The position numbers were made by a program, and so were the translations under genes. Below the pieces are notes generated by a model. The model was not told the DNA's origin. It saw nothing but the letters and a program-made list of their open reading frames with translations, and did no database searches. 61,280 nt of DNA from an uncultured Fibrobacterales bacterium (GTDB lineage Bacteria > Fibrobacterota > Fibrobacteria > Fibrobacterales > CAWVXU01), in assembly GCA_963934255.1 (NCBI GenBank), contig CAWVXU010000006.1:1-61280 (forward strand), written 5' to 3'. Within the stretch, counting starts at the first letter, position 1. Every line of letters starts with the position of its first letter. Shown here in pieces: positions 48,151 through 57,436 of this stretch.

Positions 48151-49079
48151 TGTCTTCAACTAAAAATAAGTCAAACATACAGGTTCTTGCTATTTGTTTG
48201 ATATTGATAAACAACCTCTGGGCCACAGGGATAGATTGGTCAGTTAATCGCGGATCTGCTGACTATGCAGAATTACAAATTGCGCATGGTGTAATGAGTC
48301 AGGCTCGCGCAAATTCGGGAGTGGCACTTGTTGACCCTATGGAAAATATCGCAACACTTAGTGTAGATTCAACAAGAGGAGGACACTTAGTTGCTAGCCG
48401 TTATCTTTCCTCAGACGACTTTGCCTTTGAATTTCAAAATATATCTTGGTATCAAGATTCTAAATGGGGTGTTCATGCTAGATTTGGACAGTATGAAGAC
48501 TTAGATGGCCTGGATGATGAAGCTCGTTCAACCGCGGGATTTGGAGCTCAAATACATGACTTTGCGTTGAGTTATAGCGATCAATATCAAGACGTACACT
48601 TTGGTGTAAATACTCATTTTCTTAATTCTAAAATCGCCACGGCTTCCTCACAGGCTTTTTACCTTGATGTTGGCCTCTGGTCTACTCTATTGCCACAGGT
48701 TGATTATGGGCTAGTTGTGGGCAACCTTGGTAGGGGCTCAGCATATGACAATAGAGAGATAACTCTTCCCTTGTATCTCCAAACAGGCTTTGCTTATGCG
48801 CTGCCTTTAATCCCAGTCTTCCAATCTCAAGTGTTTGCGGATTATCAATATCAGAATGATCGAGGAGCAAGCTATATCTTAGGTGGCAAAATGGCCTATC
48901 AACAATTTATTGTGGTGCATTCGGCGATACCTATTTATCGAGAAGATGAAGAACTGCAATACTACCCCAAAAGCGCGGGTTTAGAAGTGATTTTTGAAAA
49001 TCTCATTGTGAACTATGCATTTCAGTCTATTGACGAATTGGGTGCCTCTCACCATATGGGGCTTGAAATAAAGTTTTAA
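48150..49079 (+). CDS. PorV/PorQ-family outer-membrane barrel
   Basis: NLG...LPLYLQTG; NYAFQSIDELGASHHMGLEIKF C-terminus; TAATG overlap. Confidence 0.7.
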   Translation: MSSTKNKSNIQVLAICLILINNLWATGIDWSVNRGSADYAELQIAHGVMSQARANSGVALVDPMENIATLSVDSTRGGHLVASRYLSSDDFAFEFQNISWYQDSKWGVHARFGQYEDLDGLDDEARSTAGFGAQIHDFALSYSDQYQDVHFGVNTHFLNSKIATASSQAFYLDVGLWSTLLPQVDYGLVVGNLGRGSAYDNREITLPLYLQTGFAYALPLIPVFQSQVFADYQYQNDRGASYILGGKMAYQQFIVVHSAIPIYREDEELQYYPKSAGLEVIFENLIVNYAFQSIDELGASHHMGLEIKF

Positions 49080-49378
49080 TTGGTCACATCGTCAAAGTAT
49101 CGTGTCAGTTTCTCTGTAATATCATCACTTACCTGGTCTGATTTATAATATCCAGAGTTGATTCTTGCTTTGATAATAGACATGCGATCTTGAGCTTGAG
49201 TAGAAATTTCGACTTTATCTTGCCCGAGATGTTTGTTCAGTCCTGTTGAGGTGGACCTTGATTCAGATGATTTATTCGCTTGAGATGGGTCATTTGAATT
49301 GCGGATACGCTGTGTAACAAGATTTGATTTATTCAAACCTGTTTTTGAGTATCCCTGTATGGCTGCATCAAGTCGCAT
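49076..49378 (-). CDS. flgM: FlgM-like anti-sigma-28 factor (100 aa)
   Basis: DKVEIS and IKARINSGYY motifs; start at MRLDAA; sigma-28 promoter upstream. Confidence 0.7.
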   Translation of the reverse strand: MRLDAAIQGYSKTGLNKSNLVTQRIRNSNDPSQANKSSESRSTSTGLNKHLGQDKVEISTQAQDRMSIIKARINSGYYKSDQVSDDITEKLTRYFDDVTN

Positions 49379-49452
49379 TTGATCACTTAAATTGAGTTCA
49401 TTGAGGTAAAAACCGTATTTTGAGCATTTATTATGGTGCTCCCCCACTTTAT

Positions 49453-49479
49453 TTATCGGCAACTTAAAGAGAATCTTTA
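49453..49479 (-). promoter_or_regulatory. Sigma-28 (FliA) promoter
   Basis: Exact TAAA-N15-GCCGATAA (TAAA GATTCTCTTTAAGTT GCCGATAA). Confidence 0.85.
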
Positions 49480-49549
49480 ACTTTTTTTTCAAGTTTTCTT
49501 TAAAGACATTTTTGCTATATTTCTCAAAAAAGTTAACTAGGTATGAACT

Positions 49550-50872
49550 ATGCTCAGTGTATGTAAATTTGGTGGCTCTTCGGTGGCCTCTGCTTCGCAA
49601 TTTAAAAAAATCAAAAAAATCGTTGAATCAGACCCTGCTCGAACTGTGATAGTAGTTTCTGCTCCAGGTAAAAGAATGTCAACCGAAGCCAAATTAACGG
49701 ATCTTTTTTATGCGGTTTATGATTTAGCTTCTCGTGCGATGGATTTCTCAAAACCATGGGATTTAATCTGTGACCGATTTGACGAAATTGCCCAATCCCT
49801 TCAATTGACGACTGATGTCAGTCCTGATTTATTAGAAATCGAAACTTTTTTAAAAACAAAGCCAAAAGAAATAACTGTTGATTTTGTGGTTTCTCGTGGA
49901 GAATACTTATCAGCAAAACTTATGGCTGAGCATTTAGGTTTTCGCTTCATTGATGCATTTGATTTAATTACTGTGGATATTCATTTCCGTGTTAATTCTG
50001 AGGCTGCACAACAAATTCGGGCCGCAATCTCTGATGGTGAAAAAATTGTTCTACCTGGTTTTTATGCAAAAAACCACAAGGGAGTATTGAAAACTTTTAG
50101 TCGAGGCGGTTCTGATATTACTGGAGCTATATTAGCTAACGCATTAAATGCTGATGTCTATGAAAATTGGACGGATGTATCTGGGTTATTAATGGCTGAC
50201 CCTAGGATTGTGGATTCACCTGCTCCTATGGAGTCAGTATCTTATCGTGAAATCAGAGAATTAGCTTATAGTGGGGCAAATGTGTTTCATGATGATGCCA
50301 TAGCTCCTTGCAAGGATAAAAACATCCCTATCCAAATCAAGAATACTAATCGTCCAGAAGACATAGGAACAACTATCGGACCAGTACCGGAGACTCCACT
50401 GAGAGTTGTGACGGGGATTGCTGGACGGAAGAATTTTGCGCTGATATACCTTGAAAAAAACATGATGAATAAAGAGCGTGGTTTTGGTCGTAAAGTATTG
50501 GGTATTTTGGAATCTCAAAATGTGTCATATGAACATTCTCCTACGGGTATTGACTCAATGTCTATTGTCGTTGACCAAACAGACCTTGAAGAAGTTGAAG
50601 AAATAATTTTAGAAGAATTTGAACGGCAATTGCTTCCTGATGTAGTGAAAATAGTCAAAGATTTAGCGTTGATTGCAACAGTGGGGCATGGGATGGCTCA
50701 CCGTATTGGTGTGGCAGCGACGCTTTTCCAAAAACTTGCACAAGAAAATATTAATATTCGAATTATTGACCAGGGTTCATCAGAGGTGAACATCATTGTT
50801 GGTGTAGATGCAATTGATTTTGAAAAATCAATTCAATCCATCTATGACGGATTTGTAGAGTTAGCGTTATGA
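49550..50872 (+). CDS. lysC: Aspartate kinase
   Basis: KFGGSS, VVSAPG, SRGGSD, ADPRIV; two ACT domains. Confidence 0.95.
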   Translation: MLSVCKFGGSSVASASQFKKIKKIVESDPARTVIVVSAPGKRMSTEAKLTDLFYAVYDLASRAMDFSKPWDLICDRFDEIAQSLQLTTDVSPDLLEIETFLKTKPKEITVDFVVSRGEYLSAKLMAEHLGFRFIDAFDLITVDIHFRVNSEAAQQIRAAISDGEKIVLPGFYAKNHKGVLKTFSRGGSDITGAILANALNADVYENWTDVSGLLMADPRIVDSPAPMESVSYREIRELAYSGANVFHDDAIAPCKDKNIPIQIKNTNRPEDIGTTIGPVPETPLRVVTGIAGRKNFALIYLEKNMMNKERGFGRKVLGILESQNVSYEHSPTGIDSMSIVVDQTDLEEVEEIILEEFERQLLPDVVKIVKDLALIATVGHGMAHRIGVAATLFQKLAQENINIRIIDQGSSEVNIIVGVDAIDFEKSIQSIYDGFVELAL

Positions 50873-51330
50873 GTAAGAGTTTAAATGGACAACTGAGCTT
50901 TGAAGATGCGACTGATTTATATTCCAAGTATCTCAAAAAAGAAAAGATGTTTTTTACAAAAGAACGTTTATCCATACTCAAAGCTGTCTATGAGATGGAT
51001 GGAGAGCATTTTTCCGTCGACGAATTCCTCTTTGATATTATGAAAAGAGATTATAAGGTGTCTCGCGCTACTGTATATAGATGTCTGTCACAACTTGCTA
51101 AATCAGGTGTTTTAGTGGAGGCAGACTTTGGACATGGCCATACGCATTATGAGCTTGTCGGTCATGAAAATCATGAACATATTATTTGCAAAGAATGTGG
51201 TAAAGTGATTGAGGTCGATTCAGATACAATTTTGAATGCAGCTAAGAAAATGGCGGTACAAAATGGATTTACTTTTATTTCACATCAATGTCAGATTCAC
51301 GGCGTTTGTAAAGAGTGCAATCAAGTCTAA
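50869..51330 (+). CDS. fur: Fur-family transcriptional regulator
   Basis: SRATVYR, HEHIICKECG and CKEC motifs; metal specificity not determinable. Confidence 0.85.
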   Translation: MSKSLNGQLSFEDATDLYSKYLKKEKMFFTKERLSILKAVYEMDGEHFSVDEFLFDIMKRDYKVSRATVYRCLSQLAKSGVLVEADFGHGHTHYELVGHENHEHIICKECGKVIEVDSDTILNAAKKMAVQNGFTFISHQCQIHGVCKECNQV

Positions 51331-51339
51331 TTATTGATC

Positions 51340-52411
51340 TTAGGCATTGAATGCAAGTTTCACTTCGCCTTGATGAGTTCTGATGTCCACAATGATTTTT
51401 GAGATGTCATGTGGATGCTGTTTCTATAATAGTACACCATTTTTTTGTCAAACAATGAGCTCTACGAGCTCGGCTGTAATGGCAAAAGTCAATTCAGTAG
51501 GGTACTTTTCACAGAGTGGATTTGCGTCAAAATTTAAAGAATAATCTTTTAAATTAGTAATTACTTGAAAAGAATAGTTTTCACGAGTATATCGATATGC
51601 AATTACATCACTTGGTGTTCCCACCCACAAATCACCCAATGCAATGGATTGAGTTGCGTAATCAAAATGATTTCTTAATTCAGTTGAGTTTAAAGCCCCC
51701 AGCTAGCATCATCTGAGCCGTGAAGTTCACGGATTCCATAGCCTTGTACTTCGATAGTCGAATCAATCAGTTGGTTGAGAGTGTATTTCGGGCTATTTTT
51801 TTATCCTTAAAGGGGGAGTTCACGTGGAATTTTAATTCAAAAGGGTTTTCAAAGTGAGCATCGTTTATTTGCATTTTTTGACCGGTGCGAAAACCATAAT
51901 ATCCGTTTTCAGAGCGATAAGTTCTCATGGTGTCAATGGATAGGTCAAATGGGAAGATAAAGAAAGTAGGGATAATCCCTGTATTGGTAGCAATGAGATT
52001 GGTTGATTGGTCAATTTCAATAGGGAAATCACCTCAACCCCAAAAATCAATACACCAAGATTCAAAAAATTAACCACAGCGGTAGTTGTGGTTAATAGCC
52101 TCGTGGCCCTTAGTAATCATCTCTCTTGCACGTTTCCATTCTTGGTCATCACAGTGGTTAGTGATGATTCCAAAGCCAATGGGGACACCTCTATTGGCTG
52201 CTAATGAATCTGCTTGATCTTAGATGCCCGATACTGAATCAGAGCAGAAGTCATCAAAAATAATTGAGTAGGAAAATCGAGCTGCATTTTTCCACAACAT
52301 AACCTCAAGAGTGATTGCTGTACTACCCAGAGTTGTCTTAGGTTTGATTTGGCTATTTAAAGTACTCGTTTCAGAACAACCAGTGAGGAAAATCAATAAA
52401 AGGGTACCCAT
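51340..52411 (-). pseudogene. Decayed polysaccharide-deacetylase (CE4/NodB-like) lipoprotein
   Basis: Lipobox LTGC; colinear SIIFDD, GHEAINH, FPFD, ELHG..D.SWG, LWVGTP; at least five in-frame stops and frameshifts in homopolymer runs near 51800 and 51698. Confidence 0.75.
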
Positions 52412-52460
52412 TCCAATAAATGTTTTAGGTTTTAGGCCCTAACAAATTGACCAGCTAATT

Positions 52461-53894
52461 TTATTGAACTTCTGTAGTAATAAAGATGACCAATTCCTTT
52501 TTTTCTTGAGTCTCATAGCTCCACCTGAAAAGGGCTCCAAGGATAGGAATGTCCCCTAATAGTGGAATCTTGCGTTGGATTGATTTGTCCTTAGTTTGTT
52601 GAAGGCCTGAGATCCTCACAGTTTCTCGATCATTGATTCGAACAATCGATGATGACTGTTTGATGTCAACGATAGGCGCTGTAGATCCGATAACCGATGT
52701 AATTGTCCCGGTTAAATCGGTGAGTACGGGATCAACTATGAGCGTGATAATAGAATCACTGCTGATCTGAGGTGTGATTGAAATCCATGCACCAAGTGAG
52801 ATGAGTTCTGCTTCCTCAGTCACTGTTCTAGCTCCAGTCTCTGCATTAATCTCAGTCGTTGTTGTGAAGTACGGATATAGTGTACCGACTTTAACTACAG
52901 CTGTTTGATTATGCATTGTAATAATACGGGGCTGGCTCACAGCGCGAACTTCACCTTGCTCTCTTAAAGCTGTGATAGTTGTGGTCATTTTATCACCCAT
53001 GAACCCCAAGTTAGCAAGGATTGTATTAGGCTTATAGCTGTCTGTTAAGCCGTTTGACGTTGAAATGCCTTTGTCTAAGCCAGCATTACCAACAAGCCCA
53101 TCAACATAACCCCAGTCAACGCCTAGCGAGTTGTCTTCACTAAGGATGACCTCATAGATACGTGCAGTGATAATCACTTGACGTGTCAGTATTGGGGCTA
53201 CTTTTTCAAGATAATTTTGAATAGTATTGAGTGTCTTTGTATTAGCTTGGATATAAATAACACCCGTTAAATAGTTAATAGAAAATTTGTCATTTTCATC
53301 AACTAAGGCTGTGATCATCTCCTTTATTTCAGCCCAAAAATCCACTTTGTCTTCTGACTTTAAGGAGACTTTGGCGGCACGACCATCAATTCCATTGACA
53401 GCGCCTTCAAGTTCTGAATTTGAAGTTCTTCCCATACGTGGGTAATTTATTGTGATGATGCGATAAGTGTCATCACCTTCAACTTCCATCCCTCGAAATG
53501 CCTTTTTTATTTTTGGCTCTGGTTTGTGACCAATGATTAACTGATTATTTGCGATCTTCCACTCAATACTATCTGATTCAAGGATTTTATTGACTGCAGA
53601 ATTAAGATCTAAATTGGTAAATTCAACATTACGATTACCCACAAGAGGTTGGTAAGTTTTTAGGGTCAACCCTGCACTTTGAGCAAATAAGGCCATTGCA
53701 GTGTGAAGCTCTACTGAATGAGCTTTGAAGCTGAAGCCACCAGAGTTGGCAATTTTACTACTATCTCCTTGGACTAAATATGAACCCTCTGATCCGCTTG
53801 AATCTTCATAAGTGATGTTAGGTGTTTCTAGCGGGCTCTCTTGAGCAAATAAGCTACAAGTGAGCAGGGTACTCAAAATGGCTAATTTAATCAT
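52461..53894 (-). CDS. Secretin (MshL/PilQ/GspD family)
   Basis: QVIITARIYEV, LGVDW, SQPRIITMHNQTA and KIPLLGDIPILGALF motifs. Confidence 0.92.
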   Translation of the reverse strand: MIKLAILSTLLTCSLFAQESPLETPNITYEDSSGSEGSYLVQGDSSKIANSGGFSFKAHSVELHTAMALFAQSAGLTLKTYQPLVGNRNVEFTNLDLNSAVNKILESDSIEWKIANNQLIIGHKPEPKIKKAFRGMEVEGDDTYRIITINYPRMGRTSNSELEGAVNGIDGRAAKVSLKSEDKVDFWAEIKEMITALVDENDKFSINYLTGVIYIQANTKTLNTIQNYLEKVAPILTRQVIITARIYEVILSEDNSLGVDWGYVDGLVGNAGLDKGISTSNGLTDSYKPNTILANLGFMGDKMTTTITALREQGEVRAVSQPRIITMHNQTAVVKVGTLYPYFTTTTEINAETGARTVTEEAELISLGAWISITPQISSDSIITLIVDPVLTDLTGTITSVIGSTAPIVDIKQSSSIVRINDRETVRISGLQQTKDKSIQRKIPLLGDIPILGALFRWSYETQEKKELVIFITTEVQ

Positions 53895-54451
53895 GGTGTC
53901 GCCTTTGGTTTAAATATAAATTTTTGTTTTTGGTGGTTGAGAATAAACTCAACAGTGTCTTTTAATTGAGGACTGAGGTCCTTGATTTTTACAGTTTTTC
54001 CGCCGATTAAAGCTAAAGTATCTTGGGTGCCAATAGATATAGCTTGTACAAAATTTGACTTGCGATAATTTCTGGATCGATATCGTTTGGTAGGTTTGAC
54101 GGCTTGTTCAGGTCTTAAGTCTACAGTTTGAGCATGTCTTTTTCGGTTTTCAATTCTAAATGGATCACGAGAGAAATCAAATACCCAGCTAGGCTTCCAA
54201 TGATTGATTACATTAGAATCATAGGTGAGAACTTTTAAGTTTTTGCTGTTTTCTTCTGATTCGTTGTTTTCATCATTGTCGAAATTTTCATCTTGATGAG
54301 GATTTTTGGCTTTTGCAACTTTAACTTTAGCTTTGGAGTCCAAACCAAGCATAGGACGCATCACATTCCAGTATAAGTAAAAGCCAGCCAGCAAGACAAG
54401 TATAAGAACGACAATAGGGTTTTGTAATAGTTTTTTCATTGGCGAATCCAC
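53891..54451 (-). CDS. Pilus-associated protein (PilP/MshK-like position)
   Basis: N-terminal TM; RDPF motif; directly upstream of the secretin. Confidence 0.55.
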   Translation of the reverse strand: MDSPMKKLLQNPIVVLILVLLAGFYLYWNVMRPMLGLDSKAKVKVAKAKNPHQDENFDNDENNESEENSKNLKVLTYDSNVINHWKPSWVFDFSRDPFRIENRKRHAQTVDLRPEQAVKPTKRYRSRNYRKSNFVQAISIGTQDTLALIGGKTVKIKDLSPQLKDTVEFILNHQKQKFIFKPKATP

Positions 54452-54993
54452 CCACCTAAAGTCACTATGGATTGAGTGACACCTGCTGTATCTGCATTAA
54501 CGATGAGGCTTTTAATGAACAAACTTTTTGTAGAATCTTCGGTACTTGCCTGCAGGAATGTCAAAAGTGAAGTGAAGTCTTGATTAAAGAAGTTAAGCTG
54601 ATAATTAATGTTAACCTCTTGTGTGGTTTTATGCCCTTTAGGGTGAAGAATAAGAGGGGCAATTTCATATTGGTAGCCCAACATATTTTGTTCGGTAATC
54701 GTTCTGTTATTCTCAACCCAATGGGCAACATCAATCCAACTTGAAAATACGTTAAGTTTTGCTAATGAGTCTGTAAGAACAACAATACTATCGGTAGTCT
54801 TTGCTTGAATTACTTTTAAATCAGTCTGAGAATCTTCAAAGTCCTGAATAATACTCTGTTTTTCTTGGATGGCTTCTTTTGTGTTGTATATATCCCACAA
54901 AAAGAGCAGGCTTAAAACAAAGCCAGCGGCAATGGTGAGCTTAATTGCAAACCTAACGTTTTCTTCTTTGAGAAATAGCTTCATCATATTCAT
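54436..54993 (-). CDS. PilO/MshJ-like bitopic protein
   Basis: One TM, coiled coil, C-terminal F..LL.FL..IKSL pattern; operon position. Confidence 0.55.
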   Translation of the reverse strand: MNMMKLFLKEENVRFAIKLTIAAGFVLSLLFLWDIYNTKEAIQEKQSIIQDFEDSQTDLKVIQAKTTDSIVVLTDSLAKLNVFSSWIDVAHWVENNRTITEQNMLGYQYEIAPLILHPKGHKTTQEVNINYQLNFFNQDFTSLLTFLQASTEDSTKSLFIKSLIVNADTAGVTQSIVTLGGWIRQ

Positions 54994-56399
54994 TCTTGAA
55001 GCACTCCTGAAAGGTGAAATGGTTTGTTGACTGAATTTAAGTCACTATTATGGCCAAATTTCAAATTCTCCAGCCATGAAACCTTCCAAGCAATTTTAAG
55101 GTTGAGGCGACCAAAATCTTCAGTCGCATTATTTTCAAATTCTGCTAGGAGTTTTGCTGCTTCAATTGGATCTCTAGGGGATTTCCCAAATATATCGATA
55201 TGCCAGACCCCAGGTAAACTGTCTCTAATGACTTTAGTGTCAGTCAAGACAAGGTTGTCTGGGATGTGTTCTGAAAAATATATCATTAGCCAAGCTGGAA
55301 TAGGTTGATTGGAATAAGTCTTGACCAAAGTTTGCTGATCTTTAGACTTGTTGATAGATTCTAAAACCACTTGCTTGTTTGAAATTTTTGTTAAAATTTC
55401 AGTAGATTTTTCGACGATTTTTTCAACTTTAATCTTGTCAGCTAAAGCAAAATCAACACTGTGTAGATATAAATTCCAAATAAGCATAGAGATAAAACAA
55501 AGTGAAGAAACAATGAAAGTAAATAGAGCTTTACGTAAAGTACTCTGAATCTGTTGAATCCGAATAGGTATCAGATTATAGGATTCAGACACACTAGAAA
55601 GCTGTAAGTCTTGAACCCAGTTTTGTTTTGAATCTAATTTATAGCTTAATTCATCTAGGAGTGAGCACAAAATATCTCTATTTTCATAAAGCTCTTCGCC
55701 ACAAAAGACAATCTGTTTAGGGAAAAATTTAAACTGTTGTTTGCCGTAGAGCCAAGTTCTCTGAATCTCACGAGAGAGGCGGTCAAATTCTTCTTTGCGA
55801 TCTAAAAAAGACGTATAAGGCATCTCTCTTATAATCACTGGTTTTCCATTAGAAGCTAATACTACAAGAAGTGCATCATCATCATCATAAATGAGAATAT
55901 TATCTTCACCGGGGCTTGTTTTGACACTACTATTAAACAATGCTAAGGCGTGTGTAGGGATGGCCTTTAAGGGGAGGATATTGTTTTTGCGGGAAAGTCG
56001 TATAAATTCATCAATGTAAAGGCTATCAAGAGTAAATGTAAATACACTATCCTTTTTACCCTCTGGTAAGATTAAGTTATAAAAACTCGAATGATACTCT
56101 TTAGAACTATTCCATTCTTTTTTAACATGCCCTTTAATAAAATTTCTTTTTTCTTTTGGTGTTAGAAAGGGAAGAGTAAATTGGTTGAGTTTTAGGTTTG
56201 TATGGCGTATTAATAAAGATGATTCAATCACTTCTTTTAACTTGAGGTGTTGATACAATTCTTCAAAAAGCTCAGGGGCTTTTTTCTCGCTACTAATCAG
56301 AACAGAGTTTGTTTGGACTATAGTCCCGTTCTCATCAAAGACTTCTGCGCTAAGAGCAAAAGGCTCCCAATAAACTAATAATAATTGTTGTTTTTTCAT
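54990..56399 (-). CDS. PilM/PilN (GspL/MshI)-like alignment protein
   Basis: Cytoplasmic domain (REIQRT, YNLIP), then TM and periplasmic PilN-like IPDNLVLT. Confidence 0.6.
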   Translation of the reverse strand: MKKQQLLLVYWEPFALSAEVFDENGTIVQTNSVLISSEKKAPELFEELYQHLKLKEVIESSLLIRHTNLKLNQFTLPFLTPKEKRNFIKGHVKKEWNSSKEYHSSFYNLILPEGKKDSVFTFTLDSLYIDEFIRLSRKNNILPLKAIPTHALALFNSSVKTSPGEDNILIYDDDDALLVVLASNGKPVIIREMPYTSFLDRKEEFDRLSREIQRTWLYGKQQFKFFPKQIVFCGEELYENRDILCSLLDELSYKLDSKQNWVQDLQLSSVSESYNLIPIRIQQIQSTLRKALFTFIVSSLCFISMLIWNLYLHSVDFALADKIKVEKIVEKSTEILTKISNKQVVLESINKSKDQQTLVKTYSNQPIPAWLMIYFSEHIPDNLVLTDTKVIRDSLPGVWHIDIFGKSPRDPIEAAKLLAEFENNATEDFGRLNLKIAWKVSWLENLKFGHNSDLNSVNKPFHLSGVLQE

Positions 56400-56693
56400 T
56401 TATGGACATACCTGTAAATAGAGCCAATCATAGGTGGATCCTGGAGGTGTGTTACCACGGTTGCTATTTTGAAGTGAACGATAGACTCTTAAGTCAGCTG
56501 TATAATAAGCTTCATTGGCATTTTGATAGCTTGTTGTTGCGCTCCATAAAGAATAGGCTCCACAAGTAGCTGAATTACTACTACTTCCTCCTCCGCTAGC
56601 TGAAGCGCCTGGGTTGAAACCTTGATTTGTTAAGTATGCACCATCTATGGTGCCACTTACTTTAGCGCGCCTATAAGCTGTTGAATTATTCAT
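56400..56693 (-). CDS. 97-aa ORF: duplicated pilin tail, Gly/Ser linker and CBM5/12-like module
   Basis: ATG overlaps the pilin stop (TAATG); C..W...Y.....Y.....Y......P.....W....C pattern. Confidence 0.6.
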   Translation of the reverse strand: MNNSTAYRRAKVSGTIDGAYLTNQGFNPGASASGGGSSSNSATCGAYSLWSATTSYQNANEAYYTADLRVYRSLQNSNRGNTPPGSTYDWLYLQVCP

Positions 56694-56783
56694 TATAAGG
56701 TGTAACCTTGATTTGTTAAGTATGCACCATCTATGGTGCCACTTACCGTAGCACGCGTATAAACTGTTGAATTCTTCATTATA
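56618..56783. repeat. Tandem direct repeat, 80-nt copies at 86-nt period
   Basis: 56618-56697 vs 56704-56783; 6 mismatches; a 43-nt block is identical. Confidence 0.95.
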
Positions 56784-57436
56784 TATTGAGTCGTCACACT
56801 CGAGGGCCATGGTCGTTCATCGGCAATAGCAGTTGAATTAACCGCCCATGTTGCTGGAGGACTTAAAATGTTCATGACAAATGGTTGAAAAATCCCACCA
56901 AGGGAAATGCGTTGAATAACCACTGAGTCACTGAGGGAGAAACCTGCAGGAATTGTCCCGCTTTGGCTCCAAACGGCATCAAATTGAGCTTGGTTTAAAG
57001 TGGTGGCAGGTAGGTCCTCAACAACATTAGAAATAAGCAGTATTTGAGTGTTGGTTGGCTTAGTCGTGGTCAGGGTGTTATTTGCTAAAAACAATGAATC
57101 TTGATTGTAGGAATCTGCAGGAAAATTATCAATGGTGAAACTTGGGTGAACAATGTAACGTCGAGTACCGGATTTTGTTGCTAATAAATCCGTCGCGGAA
57201 AGAGTTGTGTAATTTGAAAGGCTAACAGCCCAAACTGCGTTACTGGGGATAATATGATTGTCTGTAATATAAGTGGTGAGTGATTCTGCTATATCAGAAA
57301 GAGTTTCTACTTCTTGATCATAGGTTGCATTCTTAATTTGGTTAATAATTGAAGGAGTGGCCGCGGACAATACAATGGCAATAATAGCCAATACGCCAAT
57401 GAGTTCTATTAAGCTAAAGCCTTTTTGATATTTCAT
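56693..57436 (-). CDS. Minor type IV pilin/pseudopilin
   Basis: Prepilin site KG|FSLIELIGVLAIIA with E5. Confidence 0.88.
   Translation of the reverse strand: MKYQKGFSLIELIGVLAIIAIVLSAATPSIINQIKNATYDQEVETLSDIAESLTTYITDNHIIPSNAVWAVSLSNYTTLSATDLLATKSGTRRYIVHPSFTIDNFPADSYNQDSLFLANNTLTTTKPTNTQILLISNVVEDLPATTLNQAQFDAVWSQSGTIPAGFSLSDSVVIQRISLGGIFQPFVMNILSPPATWAVNSTAIADERPWPSSVTTQYIMKNSTVYTRATVSGTIDGAYLTNQGYTL

Noticed and set aside
49379..49600. N-terminal part of the 174-aa track ORF
   Set aside because: It overlaps lysC and contains the sigma-28 promoter; the likely start is 49378.
51340..52411. Stop-codon reassignment or selenocysteine/pyrrolysine read-through
   Set aside because: All three stop types and frameshifts occur, and other genes use the standard code.
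56618..56783. Repeat pair as a diversity-generating retroelement TR/VR
   Set aside because: The six mismatches are not adenine-specific on either strand and no reverse transcriptase is present.
56694..56810. N-terminal extension of the 136-aa track ORF (MALECDD...)
   Set aside because: It is an out-of-frame reading of the pilin 3' end; the coupled ATG at 56693 is the better start.
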